Part shown: in pieces, positions 29,047 through 38,839 of the stretch
Layout of the letters: every line of letters begins with the position of its first letter
How positions within the stretch are numbered: position 1 is the stretch's first letter
Assembly (NCBI GenBank): GCA_900544425.1
Contig: UQUX01000001.1
Location: forward strand, 1-53,149
Direction of reading: 5' to 3'
From: an uncultured Collinsella sp.
Lineage (GTDB): Bacteria > Actinomycetota > Coriobacteriia > Coriobacteriales > Coriobacteriaceae
DNA: 53,149 bases
The notes under the pieces: generated by a model
Databases searched by the model: none
The model's input: only the letters and a program-made list of their open reading frames with translations
Told to the model about the DNA's origin: nothing
Made by a program: the position numbers and the translations under genes

Positions 29047-29080
29047 CGGCGGTATTCCCCGGTATATACAGCTGTTTTAG

Positions 29081-30094
29081 CTACTCGGACTGCCCGCCCT
29101 TCTTGGTATGCTTAGACGGGGTACTCAGAAAGCGGCCCGTCAAATAGTTCGCGGGACCGGAGATATCAATCCCCAGTAGCACGTGCCCCAGCCACAAAAA
29201 CGCCGCGAGCACCAGCAGTGGAATCACGCACGAGGTCACGATCATCACGATGACACCTTCGATCAGATCGGTCACCTGCTGCACAATTTCATCGGTCATC
29301 TGCTTGGCACCACTGGTCACCGATGTGACGAGACCCGAGGCGCCGTCGGCAAGCTGCTCAAGCACATTCTTGGACTCTGTGGACTCGGTCTTTTTCTTGC
29401 TTGCTTTGGAACTGTCGCTATCTGCCGCACCCGCTGCGTCGGCCGCCTTTTGCTCGGCCGCTTCGATGCTCACTCGATACGTTTCGTCGACCTTTTGCGA
29501 CACCCATACGCTTGCAGGCACCAAGGCCATTCCGATCATGGCGACCACCAGCACGCGCGTCGCCACACGGCGCAGGACGACGCTCGTGCTCCAGCGCCCG
29601 TGAATGCCGAGCGACACCGCAAAGAGCACCAGCGCAAACGGAATCAGGATACCCAGACCAACCGACCACAAAATGGTCAGCAGATATTTCTCGAGGTAAA
29701 GCACGGCAAGCACGATACCAAGGTTACCCGAAAGCTGTGCGAGCTGCTCGGCAACTGGCGTTCCTGTATCGCCCGGCAGCGCAGTGACACCCGCAGATAG
29801 GGCGACGCACGAGGTCGTGAGCGCCAAAACATTGCCCTTCTTTTGATCGATGACCTCGATGGTGGAGTCCCAAGTCTTGGTATCGGCGAAATGCGGACGA
29901 GCCACAAAGCCCGACAGCAGCGCCAGTACCACGAGCGCAACGATAAAGCCAATCTGTAGCTTTTTGTTTGCGCACACGACATCGGACAGGCTGGGCTGCA
30001 GCTCGGTTACCGTCGTGTGCTCGGTTATCTGGACAGGACGCCCATGAGCCATCTCGTTCGCGTCTCTTTTTTGTATTGACCCGTTATCCGGCAT
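29081..30094 (-). CDS. Hypothetical multi-pass membrane protein
   Basis: Strong RBS GAGGAGG; several hydrophobic helices; LPGDTGTPVA.QLA.L...LEKYL segment; no catalytic motif recognised. Confidence 0.8.
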   Translation of the reverse strand: MPDNGSIQKRDANEMAHGRPVQITEHTTVTELQPSLSDVVCANKKLQIGFIVALVVLALLSGFVARPHFADTKTWDSTIEVIDQKKGNVLALTTSCVALSAGVTALPGDTGTPVAEQLAQLSGNLGIVLAVLYLEKYLLTILWSVGLGILIPFALVLFAVSLGIHGRWSTSVVLRRVATRVLVVAMIGMALVPASVWVSQKVDETYRVSIEAAEQKAADAAGAADSDSSKASKKKTESTESKNVLEQLADGASGLVTSVTSGAKQMTDEIVQQVTDLIEGVIVMIVTSCVIPLLVLAAFLWLGHVLLGIDISGPANYLTGRFLSTPSKHTKKGGQSE

Positions 30095-30237
30095 TTGGAT
30101 ACCTCCTCAGTCCGGCGTTTAATGCGAAAGGAAGTATACCCACCGAGCAAAAATCGAACGGGAGGACGAACGGAGCGCACCAAGACTGTCCCCAACGACT
30201 AGTCGTTTAAGAACGTCCCCAATGACTATCTCGGGAT

Positions 30238-30306
30238 AAGTTGCGGTGGAATAGGGATTGTTTTGTGCCCACCGGCCCCTATTCAGTCCCTATTTCACCG
30301 CAACTT
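30238..30306. repeat. Inverted repeat with 23-bp arms and a 23-bp spacer
   Basis: AAGTTGCGGTGGAATAGGGATTG ... CAGTCCCTATTTCACCGCAACTT (2 mismatches). Confidence 0.75.
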
Positions 30307-30318
30307 GGAGGAGAACAG

Positions 30319-30351
30319 AAAAGCCCTGCCGCGGGTAGCGGCAGAGCTTTT
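30319..30351 (-). terminator. Terminator after the EIIA gene
   Basis: AAAAGCCCTGCCGC-GGGTA-GCGGCAGAGCTTTT. Confidence 0.75.
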
Positions 30352-30378
30352 GGAAGGGGACTTGGTTGTAAGGACTCG

Positions 30379-30717
30379 TTAGGCGAGCTTGGCCTCGAGC
30401 GCAGCGATGCGCTTGTAGGCGTCGATGGTAAAGCGGGCCTGCTTCTCCAGGATCATGGTGGTCATGAGAGTGTCCTGAGCATGGGCCATGATGAAGGTCA
30501 TCTCCATCTCGCCACCGCCGGCCTCCTGCGAAAGCAGTTTGGTCTGCGTGTCGTGGGCACCGATGAGCGCATCGCTGGCATCCTTGTGCAGCTGTTCGGC
30601 CTTCTCAAAGTCACCCTCGCGAGCAGCATCGAGCGCTGCAAGCAGATCGGTCTGGGCGTCACCTGCGTATGCGACAATCTCGAATCCAACCATCGAGATT
30701 TCTTCTTTGGTTGCCAT
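30379..30717 (-). CDS. lacF: PTS lactose/cellobiose-family EIIA
   Basis: GFEIVAYAGDA, AH..QT.LL..EA.G, HAQDTLM (phospho-His). Confidence 0.93.
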   Translation of the reverse strand: MATKEEISMVGFEIVAYAGDAQTDLLAALDAAREGDFEKAEQLHKDASDALIGAHDTQTKLLSQEAGGGEMEMTFIMAHAQDTLMTTMILEKQARFTIDAYKRIAALEAKLA

Positions 30718-30931
30718 GTTGCGTTCCTTTCACATATGAACCAATGGAGAGCATCGCGTCCGGGCATACGCGTTGCGTTCTGTATGACAGAAACATTAAC
30801 ATTCAAACAAAAAAGAACAGCGCAAAACGTAATTTCGAACTATGAACGGTCACTTTTCGCCCGTGAACGGTTTTTAAACCAATCCGAACAATATCAAACA
30901 CAATTATCGGCAACCCAAACAGGTCCGCACC

Positions 30932-31936
30932 CTAGCGTACATCGCGCACCGTATCGCCCTCGACGAGCTCGCCCGGAAACAGCCTGTGCTCCACACCGGG
31001 CGCAACGCCCTCGGCGCCGGCAATCTTGTCGACCGCCCACATGCCGACGCGCTTGTTGTCAAAGCGCACCGTGGTCAGGCGACGGTCGGGCACGATATCG
31101 CCCAGGCTGTCATCAACACCCACCACACTCACGTCCTCGGGCACGCGCTTTCCGCGCGACTCGAGCCCGCGAATGCAGCCGTAGGCCATGGCATCGTTGG
31201 AGGCATAAATGGCCGTGCAGGTCGGATCATCCGCAAGCACCTGGCCGGCGGCATATCCACTCTGCGCCGTCCAGTCGCCACGGACGAGCTGCGGTGGCTC
31301 AATGCCATGCGCGCGCAATGTCTCGCGCCAGCCTTCCTCGCGCCGCATGCCCGAAAGCGAGCGCTCGGGACACGAGATAAAGTGCACGGTCTTGTGCCCC
31401 CGCTCCAGCAAGTACTCGACCACCTGGCGCGAGCAATCGAACTGGTCGTTATCGACCGTTGAACAGAGCGGGTGCTCCAACATCGTAACGAGCACCGTCT
31501 GCATGCCGGGCAGCGGCTCAAAAGTGCCAAAGTCTGCCGGCATGCGATTCATGATCACAACCATACCGTCCACTGGCAGTGCGCTCATGCGCGACGATGC
31601 GCTCTCGAGGGTATACGGATGCCCGTCTACTTTAGTGAGGGTGATGGCATAGCCGTGCTTATCGGCCGCGGCGGCAAAGCCCTCCATACGGTCGAGATTG
31701 CCGGTGCCGGTAATGTTGAACATGGCGACGCCGACGGTCTTAAACTTACCGCGGCGCAGCGATCGACCGGCAAAATTGGGGCGATACCCCAGCTCGCGCA
31801 TGGCGGCACGCACGCGTTCCTTGGTCTCGGGGCGCACGCTGGGCGAATCGTGCACGGTGCGCGAGACCGTCTGCTCCGAGACGCCCGCGAGGCGCGCTAC
31901 GTCTTTGACGGATACCGATTTTTTAACAGCGGCCAT
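30932..31936 (-). CDS. LacI-family regulator 2 (module 1)
   Basis: VKDVARLAGVSEQTVSR HTH; GDWT, SNDAMA, VPEDVSVVGVDD. Confidence 0.93.
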   Translation of the reverse strand: MAAVKKSVSVKDVARLAGVSEQTVSRTVHDSPSVRPETKERVRAAMRELGYRPNFAGRSLRRGKFKTVGVAMFNITGTGNLDRMEGFAAAADKHGYAITLTKVDGHPYTLESASSRMSALPVDGMVVIMNRMPADFGTFEPLPGMQTVLVTMLEHPLCSTVDNDQFDCSRQVVEYLLERGHKTVHFISCPERSLSGMRREEGWRETLRAHGIEPPQLVRGDWTAQSGYAAGQVLADDPTCTAIYASNDAMAYGCIRGLESRGKRVPEDVSVVGVDDSLGDIVPDRRLTTVRFDNKRVGMWAVDKIAGAEGVAPGVEHRLFPGELVEGDTVRDVR

Positions 31937-31951
31937 AGGTCGATCTTTCTA

Positions 31952-32268
31952 TGTCAACGATGCCATTGGTGGCACCTTGCGCAGTCATTTTTAACGCCTT
32001 CAAGTATATCCAACGCCTCCCCCACCATACGCTCACCACCCAAAACCTACCGTTCACCGACATTTTTGCTTCCCCGAACGGCTTTTGTCGCCCAAATGTT
32101 AACGTTGCCATTGTGCAAACACAGAGCCACCGGGCGGCTCAAACGTTTACGCGCAAGGAATCGACGGTCCACAGGCACAGGGGCCATCGGTTCGCGTCTT
32201 ATTTTGTGTCGCAAAATGGCAACGTCAACATTTTGGCGACAAAACGTCAAAAGCTACCATCGTTGCCA
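31952..32268. promoter_or_regulatory. LacI-type operators TGTYAACGTTGCCA (3-4 copies)
   Basis: 31952 TGTCAACGATGCCA; 32097 TGTTAACGTTGCCA; 32217 TGGCAACGTCAACA (inverted); partial at 32255. Confidence 0.7.
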
Positions 32269-32293
32269 ACCCACCGACTCTTAGGAGCTTTGC

Positions 32294-34069
32294 ATGGAGC
32301 AACTCATCGCCATCATCGAAAAGGGGCAGCCCTTTTTCAACGCGATCGCCCGCAACAAGTACCTCAAGGCGATCCGCGACGGTTTTATCTCCGTCATCCC
32401 CATCATCATCTTCTCGTCCATCTTCTGCCTGGTAGCCTCGGTTCCCAATATCTGGGGTTTCTACTGGCCCGATGACATCAACAACGCCCTGTGGAAGTGC
32501 TACAACTACTCCATGGGCATCCTGGCCATCGCCTGTGCCGCCACCACGGCCAAGCACTTCGCCGACGCTCAGAACCGCGATCTGCCCAAGAACAACCAGA
32601 TCAACTTCATCTCGTGCATGTGCGCGGCCATCATCGGCTTCTTGCTCCTTTCGAGCGACACGATCGCCACGGACGCTGCCAGCGGCTTCAACACCACCTA
32701 CCTTGGTTCCAAAGGCCTGCTGACCGCCTTTATCGCTGCGTTTGTGACCGGCATCATCTACAAGTTCTTCATTAAGCGCAACATCACCGTCAAGATGCCC
32801 GAGCAGGTTCCGCCCAACATCTCGCAGACCTTTAAGGACATCATCCCCTTCTCCGTCTGCATCACCGTCTTTTGGGTCTTTGACATCGCCTTCCGCGCTG
32901 CTTTTGGCTTCTGCTTTGCCCAGGGCGTCATCCAGGTGTTCCAGCCCCTGTTCACCGCTGCCGACGGCTACATCGGCCTCGCTGTGATCTACGGCGCTAT
33001 GAGCCTGTTCTGGTTCGTCGGCGTCCACGGCCCCTCGATCGTCGAGCCCGCCATCGCCGCCGCCCTCGTTGCCAACATGACCGACAACCTGGCTGCGTTC
33101 CAGGCCGGCCAGCACGCTTCCGCTGTCCTGACCCAGGGTGCCCAGTACTTCGTCGTCTGCATGGGCGGCACCGGCGCCACGCTCGTCCTGGTCTTTATGT
33201 TCTGCTTCCTGGCCAAGTCTCAGGAGATGCGCGCCGTCGGTAAGGCCGCCATCGTCCCCGTCTGCTTTGCCGTCAACGAGCCGCTGCTGTTCGCCGCGCC
33301 CATCGTGCTCAACCCCGTCTTCTTTGTCCCGTTTGTCTTTGCCCCGATCGCCAACATCTGGATCCTCAAGATCTTTATCGACTTCTTGGGCATGAACGGC
33401 TTTATGTACACCCTGCCTTGGACCGTCCCCGGCCCCATCGGCACCATCATGGGCCTGGGCTTCCAGCCGCTCGCTTTTGTGATGCTCGCCCTTATCCTGG
33501 TCGTCGACTTCGTTCTGTACTACCCGTTCTTCCGTGCCTATGACGCCCAGAAGTGCGCCGAGGAGGCCGAGATCTCCCAGGAGGAGCTCGCCGCCAAGAA
33601 CGCCGAGAAGGCCGCCAAGCTCAACGATGCCTTCCAGGGCAAGGCTGACGCCAAGAGCGTTGCCGCCGGCGCTGCTGCCGAGGCCGTGAAGGCCGACTCC
33701 CCCGCCGCTTCCGCAGCACCCGCTGCCGAGACAACGACCGCCAGCGACCTCAACGGCAAGCGCGTGCTCGTGCTCTGCCAGGGCGGCGGAACCTCGGGCC
33801 TGCTCGCCAACGCGCTGGCCAAGGCCGCCAAGGAGCGCGGCATTAACCTCGAGACCGCTGCCGAGGCCTATGGCAACCACGTGGACATGCTCCCCGACTT
33901 TGACCTGGTCGTCCTGGCCCCGCAGGCCGCAAGCTACCTGGCCGACCTGCAGAAGGACTGTGAGCGCGTGGGCAACAAGTGCGTCGCCTGCCGTGGCAAG
34001 CAGTACATCGAGCTCTCCCAGAACGGCGACAAGTCTCTCGCCTTCGTGAGTGAGCAACTTTCGAAGTAA
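32294..34069 (+). CDS. lacE: PTS lactose-family EIICB (module 1; most LacE-like)
   Basis: AIRDGF, FWFVGVHGPSIVEP, MGGTGATL, FAVNEPLLF; EIIB VLCQGGGTS. Confidence 0.92.
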   Translation: MEQLIAIIEKGQPFFNAIARNKYLKAIRDGFISVIPIIIFSSIFCLVASVPNIWGFYWPDDINNALWKCYNYSMGILAIACAATTAKHFADAQNRDLPKNNQINFISCMCAAIIGFLLLSSDTIATDAASGFNTTYLGSKGLLTAFIAAFVTGIIYKFFIKRNITVKMPEQVPPNISQTFKDIIPFSVCITVFWVFDIAFRAAFGFCFAQGVIQVFQPLFTAADGYIGLAVIYGAMSLFWFVGVHGPSIVEPAIAAALVANMTDNLAAFQAGQHASAVLTQGAQYFVVCMGGTGATLVLVFMFCFLAKSQEMRAVGKAAIVPVCFAVNEPLLFAAPIVLNPVFFVPFVFAPIANIWILKIFIDFLGMNGFMYTLPWTVPGPIGTIMGLGFQPLAFVMLALILVVDFVLYYPFFRAYDAQKCAEEAEISQEELAAKNAEKAAKLNDAFQGKADAKSVAAGAAAEAVKADSPAASAAPAAETTTASDLNGKRVLVLCQGGGTSGLLANALAKAAKERGINLETAAEAYGNHVDMLPDFDLVVLAPQAASYLADLQKDCERVGNKCVACRGKQYIELSQNGDKSLAFVSEQLSK

Positions 34070-34135
34070 GTAACGCCCAGGGCCAGCCGACCATCCAAGA
34101 CCGGCTGGCCCTTCGATTTAGACGATTGGATCATC

Positions 34136-35575
34136 ATGTCCGTTAATCCTGCTAGCGTCACCAACCCGCCCGCGCAGTTTCCCGAGGACTTTGTCTTTGG
34201 CGGCGCCACCGCTGCCTACCAGGTAGAGGGCGAGACCCGCACTCACGGTAAGGGCAAGGTTGCCTGGGACGACTTTCTGGAGGCCCAGGGGCGCTTCTCC
34301 CCCGATCCCGCTTCGGACTTCTACAACCAGTACCCCGTCGACCTGGAGCTGTGCGAGGAGTTCGGCATCAACGGCATTCGTCTCTCCATCGCCTGGAGCC
34401 GCATCTTCCCCAACGGCACCGGCGAAATCAACCCCGAGGGCGTCCAGTTCTACCACGATCTCTTCGCCGAGTGCCACAAGCACCACGTTGAGCCGTTTGT
34501 CACGCTGCATCACTTCGATACGCCGCTTCCCCTCTTTGAGAAGGGCGACTTCCTCAACCGCGAGACCATCGACGCCTTTGTGGACTTTGCCACCTTCTGC
34601 TTTAAGGAGTACGCCGACCAGGTGACCTACTGGTTCACCTTTAACGAGATCTGGGCCGACGCCTCCAACACCTACATCGAGGGCACCTTCCCCGGTGGCG
34701 TCAAGGCGCATCTGGCCGAGGCCTTCCAGTGCGAGCACAACATGATGCTCGCCCACGCCAAGGCAGTACTGGCCTTCCACAACGGCGGTTTTAAGGGCAA
34801 GATCGGCGTCATTCAGTCGCTGGAGTTTAAGTATCCGCTCAACGAGAACGACCCCGCCGACATCAAAGCCGCCAACAACGAGCACGTGCTGCAAAACCAG
34901 TTTTTGCTCGACGCCACCTTCCGCGGCGACTACGCACCCGACACCCTCGAGTGCGCCAACCGCCTGGCCGCCGTCTCGGGCGGCACCATCGAAATCCTGG
35001 ACGAGGACCTCAAGATTATGCGCGAAGCCGCGCTTTACAACGACTACCTGGGCGTTAACAACTACCAGTGCCGCTTCTTGAAGGCTTACGATGGCGAGAA
35101 CGACCTGCACCACAACGGCACGGGCGAAAAGGGCACCGGCCGCTGGCGCGTTAAGGGCATTGGCGAGCACGTGAACAAACCCGGCATCCCTACCACCGAC
35201 TGGGACTGGATCATCTATCCCGAGGGCCTGTTCGATCTGCTCGTCTACATTAAGCAGCGCTACCCCAACTACAAGCAGATCTTCATCACCGAAAACGGCA
35301 TGGGCTACAAGGACCCCTACAAGGACGGTTTTGTGGACGACCAGCCGCGCATCGACTACATCGAGCAGCACCTGCGCTGGCTGCTTAAGGCCATGGAGGT
35401 GGGTGTCAACGTGGGCGGTTACTTCCTGTGGAGCCTGCAGGATCAGTTCTCCTGGACCAATGGCTACAACAAGCGTTACGGCTTCTTCTACGTTGACTTT
35501 GAAACCCAGAAGCGAACGCCCAAGGCAAGCGCATACTGGTACAAGCACGTAGCGCAGACCCGTCGTCTGGACTAA
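34136..35575 (+). CDS. lacG: GH1 6-phospho-beta-galactosidase (module 1)
   Basis: FVFGGATAAYQVEG, TFNE, ITENG, WSLQDQFSWTNGYNKRYG. Confidence 0.92.
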   Translation: MSVNPASVTNPPAQFPEDFVFGGATAAYQVEGETRTHGKGKVAWDDFLEAQGRFSPDPASDFYNQYPVDLELCEEFGINGIRLSIAWSRIFPNGTGEINPEGVQFYHDLFAECHKHHVEPFVTLHHFDTPLPLFEKGDFLNRETIDAFVDFATFCFKEYADQVTYWFTFNEIWADASNTYIEGTFPGGVKAHLAEAFQCEHNMMLAHAKAVLAFHNGGFKGKIGVIQSLEFKYPLNENDPADIKAANNEHVLQNQFLLDATFRGDYAPDTLECANRLAAVSGGTIEILDEDLKIMREAALYNDYLGVNNYQCRFLKAYDGENDLHHNGTGEKGTGRWRVKGIGEHVNKPGIPTTDWDWIIYPEGLFDLLVYIKQRYPNYKQIFITENGMGYKDPYKDGFVDDQPRIDYIEQHLRWLLKAMEVGVNVGGYFLWSLQDQFSWTNGYNKRYGFFYVDFETQKRTPKASAYWYKHVAQTRRLD

Positions 35576-35621
35576 TGGCTGGCGGGGTTGCCCGCTCACA
35601 CAACCTGTCCCCATTTCTCAG

Positions 35622-35670
35622 CCGGGGGCGGCGCGTCACACGGCGCGCCGCCCCCGGTCTTTTTGTTTTT
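35622..35670 (+). terminator. Terminator after the module 1 GH1 gene
   Basis: CCGGGGCGGCGCG...CGCGCCGCCCCCGG followed by TCTTTTTGTTTTT. Confidence 0.8.
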
Positions 35671-35684
35671 GGGCTGGTCGGGAG

Positions 35685-35834
35685 CCGTTTGTCTCGATCT
35701 GTAACATCTAGCCGAGTTTTTTGGTCCTAGCTGTTACAGATTGAGACGAACAGGATTACTCTTTCCGAAGAATCTAAATCTGTAACACGTAGCCCGCTTT
35801 TGACCGTCTACCTGTTACAAATCGAGACAAACGG
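35685..35834 (+). repeat. Family B palindromic doublet (2 x TGTAACA-N25-TGTTACA, 81-bp period)
   Basis: TGTAACA 35700/35781, TGTTACA 35732/35813; outer 22-bp arms CCGTTTGTCTCGATCTGTAACA / TGTTACAAATCGAGACAAACGG. Confidence 0.9.
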
Positions 35835-35842
35835 AGTAGGAC

Positions 35843-36871
35843 CTAACCCCGTATGTCCCTAACAGTCGAGCGTTCGACCAGCGTACTCGGCACATGAATC
35901 GCCTCGATAGACGAGCTCTCTCCAATCGCCGCCTCAAACGCAAGCTTACCGACACCGCGCAAATCAAATCGCAGCGTCGTCAGCCGATTGTGAGGAACAA
36001 GTCCCTCGAGTGCGTCGTCGATACCAACCACGCTCACGTCGTCGGGCACGGACAGGCCAGCGTTCTCGAGCGCGGCGATAACGCCCAGCGCCATCTGGTC
36101 ATTTGCCGCAAGCACGGCAGTCGGCGCCTGCGACCCGCCGGCAAGCACCTCGGCCGCAATCCGCTCGCCCATGGCGTACCCACTGTCCGCACTCCAATCG
36201 CCGCGCAGCATCGGAGCGGCATCGACATGAGCACGACCCAGCGTATCGCGCCAACCGGCCTCACGAAAACGCGAGGAAATCGAGTTTTCCGGACCCGCCA
36301 CAAACCGCATATTCGAGTGACCATGTTCCAGCAGATAATTGGCCAACAGCTCGCACGAACCATACTGGTCGGAGTCGATCGTCGTGCAGCGCGGATGCGC
36401 ATACATGGACAGGATGACCGTTCGCACTCCCGGCTGGGGAACAAACTCCTCAAAATCGGGAGCCATGCGGTTCATGTTGAGAATCATGCCGTCGACGGGT
36501 CGCTCGACCATGCGGCACGAGGCATCGGCAAGTGCATAGGGCTTGTCGCCGCCCATCTCGATCATAGTGACGGCAAAATCGTGCTCGCGCGCCGCTTGCA
36601 TGATACCCTCGAGCGTCGCCAGGTTACCGACACGTGTGATGTTGTACATGCACAGGCCAATAGAACGATACGACCCGCCGCGCAACGCCGCTCCAGCAAA
36701 ATTGGGACGAAAGCCCAGCTCTTCCATGGCGGCCAGCACACGCTTGCGCGTCTTTTCCGTCACGTTGGGCATACCGTTGACCACGCGAGACACAGTCTGG
36801 CGGCTCACGCCAGCGAGCGCCGCAACCTCTGCCGCGCTCGACGAACGACCATTCCTTGTCTGCTGATCCAT
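35843..36871 (-). CDS. LacI-family regulator 3 (module 2)
   Basis: Probable start ATG 36871; EVAALAGVSRQTVSRVVN HTH; ANDQMA, VPDDVSVVGIDD. Confidence 0.9.
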   Translation of the reverse strand: MDQQTRNGRSSSAAEVAALAGVSRQTVSRVVNGMPNVTEKTRKRVLAAMEELGFRPNFAGAALRGGSYRSIGLCMYNITRVGNLATLEGIMQAAREHDFAVTMIEMGGDKPYALADASCRMVERPVDGMILNMNRMAPDFEEFVPQPGVRTVILSMYAHPRCTTIDSDQYGSCELLANYLLEHGHSNMRFVAGPENSISSRFREAGWRDTLGRAHVDAAPMLRGDWSADSGYAMGERIAAEVLAGGSQAPTAVLAANDQMALGVIAALENAGLSVPDDVSVVGIDDALEGLVPHNRLTTLRFDLRGVGKLAFEAAIGESSSIEAIHVPSTLVERSTVRDIRG

Positions 36872-36932
36872 GCCTTCCACGCTAACCTGCTTCCCAACTA
36901 TTCCCCGCGCCCATGGCGCATCGTACATACAT

Positions 36933-37099
36933 TGATAACGTGCTCATGATACCCGAGCCATATACCACAACATGAAAACTTCTGTCAATCAAAACCGCTT
37001 ACCGAACAAATACAACCGTTCGCGGCTGTTTGAAGTTGTTTGTTTCTATACATCCCAGCCGGATGTTAACGTGCTCATTGTCAAATGTTCACGTGCTCA
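36933..37099. promoter_or_regulatory. LacI-type operators TGTTAACGTGCTCA (3 copies)
   Basis: 36933 TGATAACGTGCTCA; 37064 TGTTAACGTGCTCA; 37086 TGTTCACGTGCTCA. Confidence 0.75.
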
Positions 37100-37214
37100 T
37101 TTTGGTTCTAATCATTTTAAGATAGTGTTTATCGGGCTTTTTCACCGCTGAACGCTAACCAGGGAGCCTCCTGAGCGCAAACGCACAATATCGAACAGCG
37201 AGACGAGAGGGTGT

Positions 37215-38663
37215 ATGCATATGTCTTTGCTAAACCGCGTACAGCAGCTGCCGAAGGGCTTTGTTTGGGGCGCCGCAACCGCCGCGTACCAAACGGAAGG
37301 TTCCACGAAGGTGGCAGGCAAGGGTAAGACCATGTGGGACGATTACCTTGTCGCCCAGGGTCGCTTTTTGCCCGACCCGGCCAGTGATTTCTACAACCGC
37401 TACGAGGAGGATATCCGCCTTTCTGCCGAGCATGGACTCAACGCCATTCGTGTGTCCATCGCCTGGACCCGCATCTTCCCCAACGGCGACGATGCCGAGC
37501 CCCTCGCCGAGGGCGTTAAGCACTACCACGAGCTGTTCGCCTGCTGCAAAAAGTATGGCGTCGAGCCCTATGTGTCCCTGCATCACTTTGACTCCCCCGC
37601 CGCCCTGTTCAACCAGGGCGACTGGCTCAACCGCAAGACCGTCGACGCCTATGTGCGCTATGCCGAGTTCTGCTTCCGCGAGTTCCGCGAGGTCAAGAAT
37701 TGGTTCACCATCAACGAGCTCATCAGCCTCTCGCACTCCCAATACATCCAAGGCAACTTCCCGCCCAACCATCACTTTGATGTGACGAGCGGCATCCAGA
37801 GCCAGCACAACGAGCTCGTTGCCCACGCCCGCGCCGTCAACCTGTATAAGGATCTTAACGAGACCGAGCACCTGGGCGGACGCATTGGCATGGTCAACGT
37901 CCTGACGCCGGCATATCCTGCCACCGACTCGCCCGCCGACCAGCACGCCGCCGACCTGTACAACGCCTTCTACACCGACTTCATCATGGACGGCGCCTTC
38001 CTGGGTCACTACTCCGCGCGCACCCTCTCACTCATCAACGAGATTCTGCGTGCCAACAACGCCACACTTACGGTTGAGGACAGCGACATGGAGGAGCTCG
38101 CCAAGGCGGCGCCCCGCAACGATATGTTCGGCCTCAACTACTATCAGTCGGCGTTTATCGCCGCCTACGATGGCGAGTCAACCAACAGCTTTAACGGCAC
38201 CGGAGACAAGGGCACCTCGTGCTTTAAGTTTAAGGGCGTCGGGCAGCAGGTCGATATGCCGGGTATCCCCACCACCGACTGGGATTGGCTCATCTACCCG
38301 CAAGGCCTCTACGACACGCTCAAGCACATCAGCGCCACCTATCCCAACCTCCCCGTCATCTATATCACCGAAAACGGCCTGGGCCACAAGGACCCCGAGC
38401 CCGACGCAAACGGCATCGTCGCCGATCCCGAGCGCATCGACTTTGTCGACCAGCACATGGAGAAGGTGCTCCAGGCGCGCGCCGAGGGCGTCGACGTCCA
38501 GGGCTACTTTATCTGGAGCCTGCAGGACCAGTTCTCGTGGGCCAATGGCTATAACAAGCGCTACGGCCTGTTCTACATCGACTTCGACACGCAAAAACGC
38601 TACATCAAGCAGTCGGCACTCTGGTACAAGGAGCTCGCCGACACTATGGCGGACGCGCAGTAG
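37215..38663 (+). CDS. lacG: GH1 6-phospho-beta-galactosidase paralogue (module 2)
   Basis: WGAATAAYQTEG, TINE, ITENG, WSLQDQFSWANGYNKRYG. Confidence 0.88.
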   Translation: MHMSLLNRVQQLPKGFVWGAATAAYQTEGSTKVAGKGKTMWDDYLVAQGRFLPDPASDFYNRYEEDIRLSAEHGLNAIRVSIAWTRIFPNGDDAEPLAEGVKHYHELFACCKKYGVEPYVSLHHFDSPAALFNQGDWLNRKTVDAYVRYAEFCFREFREVKNWFTINELISLSHSQYIQGNFPPNHHFDVTSGIQSQHNELVAHARAVNLYKDLNETEHLGGRIGMVNVLTPAYPATDSPADQHAADLYNAFYTDFIMDGAFLGHYSARTLSLINEILRANNATLTVEDSDMEELAKAAPRNDMFGLNYYQSAFIAAYDGESTNSFNGTGDKGTSCFKFKGVGQQVDMPGIPTTDWDWLIYPQGLYDTLKHISATYPNLPVIYITENGLGHKDPEPDANGIVADPERIDFVDQHMEKVLQARAEGVDVQGYFIWSLQDQFSWANGYNKRYGLFYIDFDTQKRYIKQSALWYKELADTMADAQ

Positions 38664-38839
38664 CGCATCGCCTCGCTTTCCCCCGAGAAGGGAGCGGCCC
38701 TATGCGATACAAACCCAGCCGCCCCCCTCTCTCCCCCTGGGACCGGCCCCGCCTGCACCCGGGCTTTTAGCAAGCGGGAGACCATATAGGTTTTCAACGT
38801 CCATGCCATTAAGATTTCATGCAAAGAGGAGCGTGAACT

